Assembly (NCBI GenBank): GCA_947062675.1
Contig: CAMSQM010000006.1
Span: forward strand, 14,848 to 78,847
DNA: 64,000 bases
Origin: an uncultured Roseburia sp.
GTDB taxonomy: Bacteria; Bacillota; Clostridia; Lachnospirales; Lachnospiraceae
Direction: 5' to 3'
The position numbers were made by a program, and so were the translations under genes. Shown piece after piece: positions 10,645 to 21,204 of the stretch (within the stretch, counting starts at the first letter, position 1; each line of letters begins with the position of its first letter). A model generated the notes under the pieces. The model saw only the letters and a list, made by a program, of their open reading frames with translations, was not told where the DNA came from and did no database searches.

Positions 10645-11771
10645 TAGCAGTTCCCAAGACGGGTCCTTACTTTTTCGCGAATGATCCGCTCCAGTTCCTC
10701 GTCGCTGATATAGAACCGGTAGGGCACCATCACATCAAAGATCAGGCTGGTGTGGGTCGGTCCCGTGACGGCGCGGAAATCGTGAATTGTCATGACCTCG
10801 TCGATCCCGCGGATAATGGAAATGACTGTGCTGCGCAGCTCACGGATATGTTCGTCTGAGGTCACAATGGGATCCATGTGGATGGTCGCGTCGCATCCGA
10901 GCTGTGCGCGCAGTTCATTTTCCACATTGTCGATGGCGTCATGAATTTCAAGAATATTTCCCTCTGAGGGAACTTCAGCGTGGAGAGAGATCATCTGTCG
11001 CCCCGGACCGTAGTCATGCACAATCAGGTCGTGAATGCCGCAGATTTCGTCGTGTGCCATCACGATCCGGTTGATCTGACTGACAAATTCGGCATCCGGC
11101 GGCTGTCCGAGCAGTGGATTTAAGGTCTCCCGCGCCGCGCTGAACCCCGCGTACAGGATAAAAAGTCCCACCAGCGCACCGCAGTACCCGTCAATATGCA
11201 GACCGGTGTAGTGGCCGGTCAGCGTGGAAATCAGAACCACGGTCGTCGCACAGACGTCACTCAGGCTGTCCGTCGCTGTGGCGCGCATGGCCGCGGAGTC
11301 CAGTCTTTTTCCAATACTGTTGTTGTAAAAACACATGTATAGTTTTACAAGGATGGAAATCACGAGAATCACCACCGCGAGACCGGAAAATTCTGTTTCC
11401 GCCGGATGGATGATTTTTGCGACGGAGTCTTTGAGCAGCTCGTAAGCCATCAGAAGGATGGCTGCCGATACGGCAAGCCCGGAGATGTATTCAATTCTGC
11501 CATGACCAAACGGGTGCTCCGGGTCCGGTCTGGCGCCGGCCAGCTTAAAACCCACCAGCGTCACAAAGGAGGAGCCGGCGTCTGAGAGATTGTTGAACGC
11601 ATCGGCGGTGATTGCGATCGAATGGCTTATGGTGCCCGCCAGAAACTTTCCTGCAAACAGCAGGATATTGAGAAAAATCCCGACAGTTCCACACAGGATC
11701 CCGTACTGCTGTCTTACCTTCCGCCTGTCGTCCGTTTCACGGATAAAAAATTTTGCGAGAAGCGCTATCAT
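10605..11771 (-). CDS. Cation diffusion facilitator (CDF/FieF-like) metal efflux transporter
   Basis: ADAFNNLSD, HPFGHGRIEY, DSLSD, IHDLIVHDYG motifs; multiple TM segments. Confidence 0.93.
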   Translation of the reverse strand: MIALLAKFFIRETDDRRKVRQQYGILCGTVGIFLNILLFAGKFLAGTISHSIAITADAFNNLSDAGSSFVTLVGFKLAGARPDPEHPFGHGRIEYISGLAVSAAILLMAYELLKDSVAKIIHPAETEFSGLAVVILVISILVKLYMCFYNNSIGKRLDSAAMRATATDSLSDVCATTVVLISTLTGHYTGLHIDGYCGALVGLFILYAGFSAARETLNPLLGQPPDAEFVSQINRIVMAHDEICGIHDLIVHDYGPGRQMISLHAEVPSEGNILEIHDAIDNVENELRAQLGCDATIHMDPIVTSDEHIRELRSTVISIIRGIDEVMTIHDFRAVTGPTHTSLIFDVMVPYRFYISDEELERIIREKVRTRLGNCYYVVLRVDKAYIK

Positions 11772-11797
11772 ACATTCTCCTCCTGTCCCTTAAATGC

Positions 11798-12403
11798 TCA
11801 GTCCAGTTTTCCAAAATCCTGGAACGGCCAGTAGATAATAACGGCTTTGCCCAGAATCTTATCGGACGTCACATAGGTATTTTCCCAGTAACGGGCATCC
11901 CACGAATCATTGCGGTTGTCGCCCAGCATCAGATATGCGTCGTCAGGTATCTCAAACCGGAAGGGGCCTGTCGCCACGAACCAGTTCTCCTTGAGATAGG
12001 GCTCTGCGAGGGGGGTAGCGGAATCATTGATATATATGCTGCCGTCCTCGATGGTGACGGTCTCGCCGGGCAGACCGACCACGCGCTTGACATAGAGCTC
12101 CTCTTCGTTGTCCGGATAGCGGAAAATCACGACGTCGCCCCGCTTTGGCGGGTCTTTTAAGTACGCCAGCCGGCTGCCGATCAGCCGGTTGCCCGGCATG
12201 ATCGTATTTTCCATGGAGCCGGTCGGGACATCGGCGTTGATAATCACATAATTTTTCAGCAGCAGCGCCACCAGCAGCGCGATCACAAAAGTCAGCACCC
12301 AGCTTACGACTTCACGTAATATGGATTCCGTCTGCTGCTTTGCCGCCCCTTTTGCCGGTTTTGTGTTTTGTACATTCATATATCGTTCACTCTCTTTCCT
12401 CAT
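11798..12403 (-). CDS. lepB: Signal peptidase I
   Basis: VPTGSME (Ser), YVKRVVG (Lys), GDNRNDSWDAR; one N-terminal TM. Confidence 0.93.
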   Translation of the reverse strand: MRKESERYMNVQNTKPAKGAAKQQTESILREVVSWVLTFVIALLVALLLKNYVIINADVPTGSMENTIMPGNRLIGSRLAYLKDPPKRGDVVIFRYPDNEEELYVKRVVGLPGETVTIEDGSIYINDSATPLAEPYLKENWFVATGPFRFEIPDDAYLMLGDNRNDSWDARYWENTYVTSDKILGKAVIIYWPFQDFGKLD

Positions 12404-12612
12404 GCGGGCATTGCGCCGGGCAGATACGTCTGTCTCTATATTCTAACACAAATATATGAAAATAGGAACCATAAGAAAAATGCGGACAACTGAGGTGAGC
12501 ACGGTGTATTTATACGGCGGGAATACGTGGCGCTGCAGCTGCAGGAAAAATCTGCCGGCTGAGAGGCGGGTACGGCGATTTATACGGCAGGATGAATCTG
12601 CCGGCTGAAATG

Positions 12613-12652
12613 AAACGCCTCCGGCCGCAGAGACAGGGCCGGAGGCGTTTTT
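12613..12652. terminator. Rho-independent terminator downstream of iscU
   Basis: AAACGCCTCCGGCC / GGCCGGAGGCGTTT perfect stem with T-rich flanks. Confidence 0.75.
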
Positions 12653-12665
12653 GCCGCCATTGCTT

Positions 12666-13109
12666 TTAATAATCTTCCTCCACATCCTCTTCTTTTTCGC
12701 CGATATCGCTTACAGGCCGCGACAGCCCTTCGATTGTGATGTGGTTCTTTTCCGCGTAATCCCACAGCGCCGCATGAATTGCCTCCTCGGCGAGGAGGGA
12801 ACAATGAACTTTTACCGGCGGCAGACCGTCCAGGGCCTCCATCACGGCTTTGTTGGTGACGGCGAGGGCTTCCTGCACGGTTTTTCCTTTTACGAGCTCA
12901 GTGGCCATACTGCTGGTCGCAACGGCTGCGCCGCAGCCGAAAGTCTTAAACTTTACATCCTGTATCCGGCCGCTGTCGTCTATATCCAGATACATGCGCA
13001 TAATATCCCCGCATTTTGCGTTGCCGACGGTTCCGACACCGCTGGCGTCCTCGATCTCTCCCATGTTTCTGGGATTGTTAAAATGATCCATTACTTTTTC
13101 ACTGTACAT
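12666..13109 (-). CDS. iscU: Fe-S cluster scaffold IscU/NifU-N
   Basis: DHFNNPRN, AKCGD, FGCG, KVHCS: three conserved Cys. Confidence 0.95.
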   Translation of the reverse strand: MYSEKVMDHFNNPRNMGEIEDASGVGTVGNAKCGDIMRMYLDIDDSGRIQDVKFKTFGCGAAVATSSMATELVKGKTVQEALAVTNKAVMEALDGLPPVKVHCSLLAEEAIHAALWDYAEKNHITIEGLSRPVSDIGEKEEDVEEDY

Positions 13110-13128
13110 GTATAGCCTCCCCGGAACT

Positions 13129-14310
13129 TTATTTTTGTTCCCTGATAAAATCCTCGTAAAGCGGGGACATCTCCCGCAGTCCGCTTACAATCTTTTTCAG
13201 TTCATCGACCGTGTAGTCGATTTCCTCCGGCGTGTTTGCCTCCGAGAGCGTCAGACGCAGTGAGCCGTGTGCAATTTCGTGCGGCAGACCGATGGCGAGC
13301 AGCACGTGGGAGGGATCGAGCGAGCCTGAGGTGCAGGCGGAACCGCTGGAGCCGCAGATACCTGCCTGGTCAAGACGGATCAGAAGGCTCTCCCCCTCGA
13401 TAAAACGAAAACAGAAATTCGCGTTGTTGGGAAGGCGTTCCTGCGCGGGACCATTCAGGCGGGTATAGGGAATCTCATTTAGCACGCGCGCGATCAGGTG
13501 ATCGCGGAGCTCACATTCCCTGCGTCTGCGGTCTTCCATCGTTTCATGGGCGAGACGCGCGGCTGTGCCGAATCCCACGATTCCAGGGACATTCAGCGTA
13601 CCTGCGCGGCGCCTGCGCTCCTGTGCGCCTCCGTGGAGAAAGGAACGGATTTTCACACCCTTGCGGATGTAGAGCATCCCGACTCCCTTGGGACCGTTTA
13701 ATTTATGCCCGCTTGCGCTCAGCATGTCGATCTTCAGATCATCCACATCCAGCGGAATATGTCCGAAAGCCTGGACTGCGTCCGTGTGGAATAAAACGCC
13801 GTGTTTTTGTGCGATCGCACCGATTTCGCGCAAGGGTTCGATGGTCCCGATCTCATTGTTCGCCGCCATGACGGAGATCAGAATGGTGTCGGGCCGGATT
13901 GCCGCCTCAAGCTCGTCCGGGCTGACGCGTCCTTCCCCGTCCACGCCAAGATAAGTGACCTCGCAGCCGTTTTTTTCCAGCCATTCACAGGTGTGAAGCA
14001 CGGCGTGATGCTCGATGGCGCTTGTGATAATATGTTTTCCTTTTCCGGCATATGCCTCCGCCGCGGCTTTGAGCGCCCAGTTGTCCGATTCGCTGCCGCC
14101 GGCAGTGAAGTATATTTCTTCGGGTCTGGCGCCGATGAGTTCAGCCACGGCAGCTCTTGCCCCGCTTACCGCTTTTGCGCCCTCGCCCGCGAAAGAATAG
14201 ACTGCATTCGGGTTGCCGTATATTTCCGTAAAATAAGGCAGCATCGCGTCGAGCACCACGGGGCTCACCTGCGTTGTCGCCGCATTGTCCAGATAAACTG
14301 GTGTTTTCAT
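13129..14310 (-). CDS. iscS: Cysteine desulfurase IscS/NifS
   Basis: YLDNAATT, HTDAVQ, SGHKLNGPKG (PLP Lys), SSGSACTS (Cys); GGAGG RBS before ATG 14310. Confidence 0.96.
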   Translation of the reverse strand: MKTPVYLDNAATTQVSPVVLDAMLPYFTEIYGNPNAVYSFAGEGAKAVSGARAAVAELIGARPEEIYFTAGGSESDNWALKAAAEAYAGKGKHIITSAIEHHAVLHTCEWLEKNGCEVTYLGVDGEGRVSPDELEAAIRPDTILISVMAANNEIGTIEPLREIGAIAQKHGVLFHTDAVQAFGHIPLDVDDLKIDMLSASGHKLNGPKGVGMLYIRKGVKIRSFLHGGAQERRRRAGTLNVPGIVGFGTAARLAHETMEDRRRRECELRDHLIARVLNEIPYTRLNGPAQERLPNNANFCFRFIEGESLLIRLDQAGICGSSGSACTSGSLDPSHVLLAIGLPHEIAHGSLRLTLSEANTPEEIDYTVDELKKIVSGLREMSPLYEDFIREQK

Positions 14311-14367
14311 GATTTCCTCCATTTCTGCCATTCTGTCTATTTCCTGGCAATTTGATAGGACATGTAT

Positions 14368-14395
14368 ATTATACACGTTTCACGCGGATTGTCAA
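14368..14395 (-). promoter_or_regulatory. SigA promoter for iscS-iscU
   Basis: Minus strand TTGACA-N16-TATAAT. Confidence 0.75.
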
Positions 14396-14474
14396 GAGGC
14401 GTGCCGATTCCTCCTTGTAAAATCTTCCTCAAGGCGTTAGAATAGAGAGAAATACGTAAAAGGATGGTTACGCT

Positions 14475-16151
14475 ATGAAAATCAGAAAGTCACCTGACAG
14501 AAATATTTTGTCCTCGCTTGTACTTGTACTGATTATCACAGGCTGTCTGATTGCAAGTACTGTTCTGGTGAACCGCATTTCTCCCGGTCATCACGATGAC
14601 GGAACCGGGGAGGGTGCTCTCACGGAGGAGGAGAACGCCGCCTATGAGCAGGCCGTACACACACGGAGGGTGCTCCACGGGATCGGCGTGGCTGAGCTTG
14701 CCGTGCTTCTGGTGTATTTCACAGGGGTACTGACAAGAGTGCGCAAACGGACGGCACAGCAGGAGCATCAGCTCGCGCAGACGCTTTATATGTATGATGT
14801 CCAGCAGACTCTGTTTGATGCACACAGAATGCCCTCGCTGATTACCAGCGCGCTGCGGAAGGTTGCGGAAAATCTGACTGCCGAGACGGCTTTTCTGTTT
14901 CATTTCAGCGGAAACACCGTTCAGGAACTTTATATATGGCCGGAACCGGAGCGGGAATACAAAAATCTTCCCAAAATGAACGAGTTCCGCCGTATTCTCC
15001 CGCAGATTACGGGGCGCCTTCAGGAAGGAAAGAGCAGTCTGATCTATCCCGCCGACCGGCGTGATATGCTGGATGAGAAGGAGCGCGGCGTGCTGGCGCG
15101 GCAGTCCATCGGAAGCCTGATGCTCGTGCCTGTACTGGATTCTAACGGAAGAATTACCTGTGTGCTGGGCGGCATCAATTTAAAGCACCGCTGGACGGGC
15201 GCGGAACCTCTTGAGTGTGTCGCAAGGGATTTTCAGATGGCCCTGACCAATATAAGCTATTACCGTCTGATACATGAGATGGGCATGCTGGACGCCCTGA
15301 CAGGTCTGAAAAACAGGAACTGTTACGAGCATTCGCTGAAAAGATATGATGAGCTGGAAAATACGGCCCTCTGCTGCCTGTACGTAGATGCCAACGGACT
15401 GCATGAACTGAACAACCATCTGGGCCATGCGGCCGGGGATGAAATGCTGATGTATGTCAGCAATGCGCTGCGGACGACATTCGGCGATGATGATACCTAC
15501 CGCATCGGCGGAGACGAGTTTGTGGCATTCTGCTGCGGCTGCCCGCCCGACGCGGTGGAAGAGCGCGTCAGAAGGTTTCAGGAAGTGCTGGAGAGCAGAA
15601 CGTATCACGTCTCCATCGGGCAGGCGTGGAGAGAAGGGGCGGAACCTGTCGCAGCCGTGATATCCGGTGCGGAGAGGGAGATGTACAGTGAAAAGCAGCG
15701 TTACTATCAGGAAAAGGGGGACGTATCCAAGGCAAGGCAGATGAATCAGAAGCTGGAACAGATTCTGCTGGAGAAGAAGGACGCCGATACATTCCTTTCC
15801 ATTATATCGAGTTATTTTGCGGGGGCCTATGTTGTGGATTTTTCCACGGACCAGACAAGAGCGCTCTGCAAGACGCCGTGTTTTATGGAATATCTGGAAC
15901 AGAATCATTACCGGTTCAGCGGGTCCATGGAACAGTACATTGATGCTTATGTGTCCCCCGGGGACAGAGAGAGGCTGCGGGCTTTCCTGGATTACGGGAC
16001 GATCGAGCGGGAGCTGCTCGACGGGAAAGTTCCGGAGTGCCGCTATCGGAAGAAGGACGGTACAGTGCTTACGCTTCGCATTTATCCGTCTGAAGGTTAT
16101 GACGGAAAGCAGAGAGAGACTTTCTGGCTTCTGGAGAACAGCTGCCTCTGA
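14475..16151 (+). CDS. Membrane diguanylate cyclase (2 TM + GAF-like + GGDEF + C-terminal sensory-like region)
   Basis: DALTGLKNR, DANGLHELNNHLGHAAGD, YRIGGDEF. Confidence 0.88.
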   Translation: MKIRKSPDRNILSSLVLVLIITGCLIASTVLVNRISPGHHDDGTGEGALTEEENAAYEQAVHTRRVLHGIGVAELAVLLVYFTGVLTRVRKRTAQQEHQLAQTLYMYDVQQTLFDAHRMPSLITSALRKVAENLTAETAFLFHFSGNTVQELYIWPEPEREYKNLPKMNEFRRILPQITGRLQEGKSSLIYPADRRDMLDEKERGVLARQSIGSLMLVPVLDSNGRITCVLGGINLKHRWTGAEPLECVARDFQMALTNISYYRLIHEMGMLDALTGLKNRNCYEHSLKRYDELENTALCCLYVDANGLHELNNHLGHAAGDEMLMYVSNALRTTFGDDDTYRIGGDEFVAFCCGCPPDAVEERVRRFQEVLESRTYHVSIGQAWREGAEPVAAVISGAEREMYSEKQRYYQEKGDVSKARQMNQKLEQILLEKKDADTFLSIISSYFAGAYVVDFSTDQTRALCKTPCFMEYLEQNHYRFSGSMEQYIDAYVSPGDRERLRAFLDYGTIERELLDGKVPECRYRKKDGTVLTLRIYPSEGYDGKQRETFWLLENSCL

Positions 16152-16205
16152 CCGGCCGGGTGCGGATCCTTATCCCGGGTGCGGTAAAAAGCGCCTGTAC
16201 ATAGA

Positions 16206-16247
16206 AAAAACATCCCCTTCACCCAGACAGGTGAAGGGGATGTTTTT
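16206..16247. terminator. Bidirectional Rho-independent terminator
   Basis: AAAAACATCCCCTTCACC-N6-GGTGAAGGGGATGTTTTT between convergent DGC and MCP genes. Confidence 0.9.
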
Positions 16248-18303
16248 ATTCTGTTTTGAAGACGGAGATTTCCGACTTTAAACCGTTCATATTGTCCCCG
16301 AGATTTTCGGCGGTTCCGTTCAGACTCTCCACGTTCTGCTGGAGATTTTCCGCGACATTTTTTACCACTGACGCGCTCGACGCGGTCTGTTCGATAATGA
16401 GTGAAATATTGCGCACAGCTTCGAGTGTGTCCTCACGCTCCCGGTCGGCACGTTCCGTGCTGACCAGGATCTCTTTGAGGCCGTCAAAGAGGGCTTCCAT
16501 CGATGCGTTCATGCTCTGGAAGACTTCCGTCACTTCCTTCACGGCTTCCGTCTGCAGGGCAACCATGGAACCTGCCTGTTTTGCATTGTTCACACTGACA
16601 CCTGTCTGGGAACTGATATGCTCGACGTTGTTGCGGATCTCCCCGGCCGCCTGTGCGGAATTATCCGCCAGCTTGCGGATTTCCTCGGCTACCACCGCGA
16701 ATCCGCGCCCTGCCTCTCCGGCTCTTGCCGCCTCAATCGAGGCGTTCAGGGACAGGAGATTCGTCTGTTCAGAGATATCGGTGATGGTGGCGACAAACTG
16801 GTTGATGATCTCGGACTCTTTTTTCAGCTCCTCGATGCTCTCCTCCACTCTGGCAGTCACAGCCGTTGTCTCGCTCGCCCGCTCGCCCAGAAGGCGCACC
16901 AGCTCCATACCGCGGTGTATCATTTTTTCTGAATCTGTCACCAGCGCCTCGACACTCTGTGCGACGCGGCTGACTTCCCGGATTTCCTCCGAAAGGGTAT
17001 CTGTCCTGCGCACGCATTCCTGCGCGTGGACGGACTGCTGTTCCATTCCGTCATTGATCTCGCTGATGGCCTGCGCGATATCTCGTGAATATTCGTGAAT
17101 CACCCCGGAACTTTCCGTCACCTCTCCGGCGGAAATCTCGAGCTTATCCGTGGCCTGGCTGACCTTGCGGACAAGCTTTTTATTGTTGGCGATCATATTG
17201 TTCGCCGCGGACGCAAGGCCACGGAATTCATCACGGCCCTTTACATATACCTGCGTGGCCAGGTTGCCGCCGGCGACCACTTCCAGGCTGCCGGAAATGC
17301 GCTTCATATTACGGCGTATGCCAAGCGTGATGCCCATACCGATGAAAACAGCGATAATACTGCAGATAATGACGCCCAGAAAGGTGATCTGCTTGATGGT
17401 TTCCGCCTGTGCGGTGACGATTTCCATCGGTACCAGCGCGCAGAGCACCGCGCCGGTGCTTTCGCTTGTGTTGTGGAAGAAAAGGTAGCGCTTTCCGAGA
17501 AAGTCCACTTCCCCGGATCCGCTCTCCGCGTCAGCCGGGAAGAACGCCTGTCCGGCAAATACCGGCTCCCCCTCCGGAAGGCCTGAAGAGGCCCCCTCCG
17601 CCGTCTTTTCCGCGACGAGTTCCCTGCCGCTTCTGGTGATAAATCCCACGATGCTGCCCGCGCCGAAATCGAGTCCGTTCAGAAATTCCTGAATCGCGTC
17701 TGCTTTTACATCGACGACGATCAGCGCTTTGCTGTTTTTGGCGGAAAGCTGGCAGGAGAGGATGGAGTCTTCCGGATCCAGGTTCAGGGCTTCATCCAGA
17801 ACCGTATGGTGATCGGTCCATTTGGCGACGGATGTGCCGTCTCCGCCGCTCTCCTCCATCTCTTTCATGTACTCCTCATACACGCCGTAGGTGGATGTGC
17901 CGCCTTTGGTGCTGATCATCTGCATACTGCTCCCCGGCACCAGATGAATATGGCTGATAAAGGGATTGCCGATCTGGGAGGCGAGTATTCTGGTCCGTGT
18001 GGAGTCGATCAGGGTCAGCTTTTTGGAGATGTCATCCTGGTAGAGACCCATAAAATATCTGCCCAGGTCAGCGTCCACGACATATTTGAGCGCCTCCGCC
18101 TCTATGTAGGAATTACTCATGTCAATATAGTCCGCCGCCATCTCAACGGTCTGACGGGCGGACTCGCGAAAGGCGGCGCTCATGCCCTCTGCCGCTTTCC
18201 GGTAGGAGAGAATCCCGAGAATAATCATGCACAGAATCGGTACCAGAAAGCAGACCATGATTTTGTTGCGGATGCCGAAAAGTAAAAATTTGCTTTGCTT
18301 CAT
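16246..18303 (-). CDS. Methyl-accepting chemotaxis protein
   Basis: Two TMs around an extracellular sensor, HAMP, signalling hairpin [34 protein letters not shown]. Confidence 0.95.
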   Translation of the reverse strand: MKQSKFLLFGIRNKIMVCFLVPILCMIILGILSYRKAAEGMSAAFRESARQTVEMAADYIDMSNSYIEAEALKYVVDADLGRYFMGLYQDDISKKLTLIDSTRTRILASQIGNPFISHIHLVPGSSMQMISTKGGTSTYGVYEEYMKEMEESGGDGTSVAKWTDHHTVLDEALNLDPEDSILSCQLSAKNSKALIVVDVKADAIQEFLNGLDFGAGSIVGFITRSGRELVAEKTAEGASSGLPEGEPVFAGQAFFPADAESGSGEVDFLGKRYLFFHNTSESTGAVLCALVPMEIVTAQAETIKQITFLGVIICSIIAVFIGMGITLGIRRNMKRISGSLEVVAGGNLATQVYVKGRDEFRGLASAANNMIANNKKLVRKVSQATDKLEISAGEVTESSGVIHEYSRDIAQAISEINDGMEQQSVHAQECVRRTDTLSEEIREVSRVAQSVEALVTDSEKMIHRGMELVRLLGERASETTAVTARVEESIEELKKESEIINQFVATITDISEQTNLLSLNASIEAARAGEAGRGFAVVAEEIRKLADNSAQAAGEIRNNVEHISSQTGVSVNNAKQAGSMVALQTEAVKEVTEVFQSMNASMEALFDGLKEILVSTERADREREDTLEAVRNISLIIEQTASSASVVKNVAENLQQNVESLNGTAENLGDNMNGLKSEISVFKTE

Positions 18304-18427
18304 AATAATACTTCCTATCTACTTTGATAGAATCATTATACAGGAAATGCTGGGGAATTTCCACAAAAACCGTGTTTATTTCCGGAAAAAATTCTCTGTT
18401 TATGCCAGTGATTCCGGAAGCCTTCCG

Positions 18428-20032
18428 TTATCCTGCGGCATGCAGAAGGCCCCGGATACCCTGTCGCCGGAAGAGATCCCTGTAATAGCCGATTTCATCG
18501 CGTATCAGCTGATCGATGACGTGCATGCCCAGTACCTCCACCGGGGCTCTGTCGTCGGTGAGGACGCGTCCGCCGCTCCCGCAGGCAGTCAGACTGCTGT
18601 GTACATCCGTGAGGATCCGGGTCAGCGCGGCGTCCCCCGACAGTGCGGTGTATTCTGCGAGGCGGTCCGGAGCGCCGGCGTCCCGGGAGGCAAAGAGCTC
18701 CCGGTTTGTCGCATTCGGAACATCGACTGTCCAGGCATACTCAAATACGTTTGTAATTGTGTTGGAGAGCCAGGAGTTGATGCCGTCTTCCCCGTCAGAT
18801 TTCATATTCATATTCACGACCATAATGCCGTCATCTTTCAGATGGTCTCTGACAAGCGAAAAGAATTCCACCGAGGACATCTGGAACGGGATCGTGATAT
18901 CCTGATAGGCGTCCACCATGATCACGTCATATTTCCTTCCGGATGCCTGCAGATAGGCTCTTCCGTCGTAAGTCGTCACCTGCACGGAGTCCGGGAGCGC
19001 AAAATATTTCAGAGCAAGATCTGTGATTCTGCGGTCAATTTCCACGCCTTCCACGGTCGCATTGTCAAAATATTTTATACACTGCTTCGCGTAGGTCCCG
19101 GTTCCCATGCCGAGTACAAGGATTTCTGCCGCATTTTTTTCCGGGACGCCGGCCATGAGCGGAGCGGCCAGCGCGTAATCATAGTACATACCGGTCAGGG
19201 AATCGTCTTTTGTCATGATGGACTGCACGCCGAAGAGAACATTGGTGGAGAGAATCACGCTGCGGTCTGTTTCCCGGACCTGCAGATAATTGTAAATTGA
19301 TTCACCCTCATAGACAAGATCCTTCTCCCAGAACGCAAAACTGCCTGTGCGGCCCGCCAGACTGCAGACGACGAAGAGGGCCGCGGAGACAACGCAGGCA
19401 CGTCTGCCTGTACGGCTGCTGAGAAAATAGACGATACCGAGCAGAAGAAGGATTCCGGAAAAAATCAGAAAAGTGACGGAGGTACCGACTGCCGGGATTG
19501 TGACAAAGGTGGGAAGAAAGGTCCCGAGAATACTCCCCACTGTGTTGAAGGCCCCAAGGGTTCCCACGATTTTTCCGTTGTCGGAAAGGCTGTCCACGGT
19601 ATATTTTGCCAGGGACGGCGTCACCGTGCCGAGCAGAAACAGTGGAAACACGAAGACCAGCATACAGGAGCAGAATGCGGCCAGTATCAGGAAACTGTTG
19701 CTGATGGTGAGCACCAGCAGCGCGGAAACGCCGAGAATAATGTATTTTCCGGCAAAGGGGATGGCTGCGATCCAGACTGCAGCGATAAGAAGACGCAGGT
19801 AAAGCCGGTCAGGGTCCGGATTTTTGTCCGCGCGCCGGCCGCCCCAGATATTGCCGAGAGCCATCGCGATCATGATGGTGCCGATTATAATGGTCCACAC
19901 GATCTGGGAGGAACTGAAATAGGGAGCGAGAAGACGGCTGGCGCCGAGCTCGACGGCCATGACGGACATGCCCGCAAAAAATTCGGTCAGGTAGAGATAA
20001 TATTTGTTTTTCAGGATAGTTCTTGTATTCAT
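18428..20032 (-). CDS. Membrane-domain / spermidine-synthase-like SAM-dependent transferase fusion
   Basis: About 7 N-terminal TMs (VELGASRLLAPYF) followed by a Rossmann SAM fold (LGMGTG, VEID, DGR, IMVDAY). Confidence 0.8.
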   Translation of the reverse strand: MNTRTILKNKYYLYLTEFFAGMSVMAVELGASRLLAPYFSSSQIVWTIIIGTIMIAMALGNIWGGRRADKNPDPDRLYLRLLIAAVWIAAIPFAGKYIILGVSALLVLTISNSFLILAAFCSCMLVFVFPLFLLGTVTPSLAKYTVDSLSDNGKIVGTLGAFNTVGSILGTFLPTFVTIPAVGTSVTFLIFSGILLLLGIVYFLSSRTGRRACVVSAALFVVCSLAGRTGSFAFWEKDLVYEGESIYNYLQVRETDRSVILSTNVLFGVQSIMTKDDSLTGMYYDYALAAPLMAGVPEKNAAEILVLGMGTGTYAKQCIKYFDNATVEGVEIDRRITDLALKYFALPDSVQVTTYDGRAYLQASGRKYDVIMVDAYQDITIPFQMSSVEFFSLVRDHLKDDGIMVVNMNMKSDGEDGINSWLSNTITNVFEYAWTVDVPNATNRELFASRDAGAPDRLAEYTALSGDAALTRILTDVHSSLTACGSGGRVLTDDRAPVEVLGMHVIDQLIRDEIGYYRDLFRRQGIRGLLHAAG

Positions 20033-20201
20033 ACTGCCTCCGTACGGGTAAAATATTTTTTTTTAAGAATAGCATTTCCGGGGGAGAATGTACAGTGTTA
20101 TTGCAGGGGCAGCGGATATCCGGAGCGATTGCGGCATACTGCCCCTTTGGACGGGCATAAAAAAAGTGCTAAAACTTTTGCCGTGCCATTTGCAAAAAAT
20201 T

Positions 20202-20232
20202 AAAAAACGCAGGAGAATCTCCTGCGTTTTTT
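20202..20232. repeat. Perfect 14-bp inverted repeat, terminator-like
   Basis: AAAAAACGCAGGAG-AAT-CTCCTGCGTTTTTT. Confidence 0.8.
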
Positions 20233-20290
20233 GATTTTTTGTTATACTCATTTCCGGAACATTCCCTCACAGATGAAAGGAGAACAGATT

Positions 20291-20437
20291 ATGAGTACAG
20301 TCGAATATATCATAGCGTTTCTTGGGGCCATTGTTGTGATCGGCGGCTTTATCTATGGGATATATGACACATATTCCCGAAGGAAAGATTCAGACCATAA
20401 AACGGAGAATCCGGAATCGGAACGTGCGTGGCATTAA
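20291..20437 (+). CDS. Small single-pass membrane protein (48 aa)
   Basis: AAAGGAGA RBS, ATG 20291, MSTVEYIIAFLGAIVVIGGFIYGIYDTYSRRK; extended -10 TGTTATACT at 20240-20248. Confidence 0.65.
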   Translation: MSTVEYIIAFLGAIVVIGGFIYGIYDTYSRRKDSDHKTENPESERAWH

Positions 20438-20458
20438 ATGCTTTCAGCCTGCACGCGG

Positions 20459-21175
20459 TCAGATCATCAGAGCCTGGCTTTCCGGCATGCGGTAACCGAC
20501 CCGCGGAATTGTGATGATATATTCCGGCTCTGCCGGAGCCCTCCCGAGCTTTTTGCGGATATTTGTCATGTTTACGCGCAGAATGCGGCTGCCGCTGCCC
20601 GCGTACGGTCCCCAGATTTTTTCGAGCAGCATCTGATATGTAACGACGGCGCCGGAATTCGAGGCAAGGCATTCCAGAATCCGGTATTCCACTGGAGAAA
20701 AATGGACTTCCCGGCCGGAGAGTATGACCTGGCGTCTGTCGAAATCAATTTTCAGCGCGCCTGACTGATAGCAGGTATTCGGGTGGTTTAAGGTTCTGCG
20801 CCTTAAGGCGGTGTAGATGCGCGCCGCCAGTTCCTCCTCGTGAAACGGTTTGACGATATAGTCGTCGGCGCCGTCGTAGAGAGCCCGGACCTTGTCGCTG
20901 TAGCTGTTCTGCGCGGAGATCACGAGCAGAGGGCAGTCTGTCCAGCCGCGGAACCACCGGATCAGTCCGAACCCGTCCAGATCATGCAGATCGGTATCCA
21001 TCAGAATCAGATCCGGACAGATACTGGTGCCCGTTTCCATACCTTCCCTGCCGGATTTGGCACTGTAAATGCGGTATTTATCCCGTTCCATTGTTTTGCG
21101 GAGCAGATAAGAGATATTCTCATCTTCGTCGATCAGCAGAAGTCTTGCTCTGTCTGTCGTTCTGTTTTTTTTCAT
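20459..21175 (-). CDS. KdpE-like OmpR-family response regulator
   Basis: DLILMD, ADDYIVKPF, LRVNMTNIRKKL, TIPRVGYR. Confidence 0.88.
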   Translation of the reverse strand: MKKNRTTDRARLLLIDEDENISYLLRKTMERDKYRIYSAKSGREGMETGTSICPDLILMDTDLHDLDGFGLIRWFRGWTDCPLLVISAQNSYSDKVRALYDGADDYIVKPFHEEELAARIYTALRRRTLNHPNTCYQSGALKIDFDRRQVILSGREVHFSPVEYRILECLASNSGAVVTYQMLLEKIWGPYAGSGSRILRVNMTNIRKKLGRAPAEPEYIITIPRVGYRMPESQALMI

Positions 21176-21204
21176 GAAAAACGCCTCCTGTGCGATGCGG
21201 ATAA

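Noticed and set aside
12508-12608. Short duplicated motifs (ATTTATACGGC twice, AATCTGCCGGCTGA twice) between lepB and iscU
   Set aside because: Two short imperfect copies with no ORF or recognisable RNA family; most likely local duplication noise.
12666-14395. iscS-iscU lacking an adjacent iscR/Rrf2 regulator
   Set aside because: A minimal two-gene arrangement is plausible for Clostridia, and the regulator may lie elsewhere; not evidence of novelty.
20033-20200. Riboswitch in the leader of the speE-like gene
   Set aside because: One GC hairpin (AGGGGCAG..CTGCCCCT) is present but no aptamer consensus I can recognise; an Rfam search is needed.
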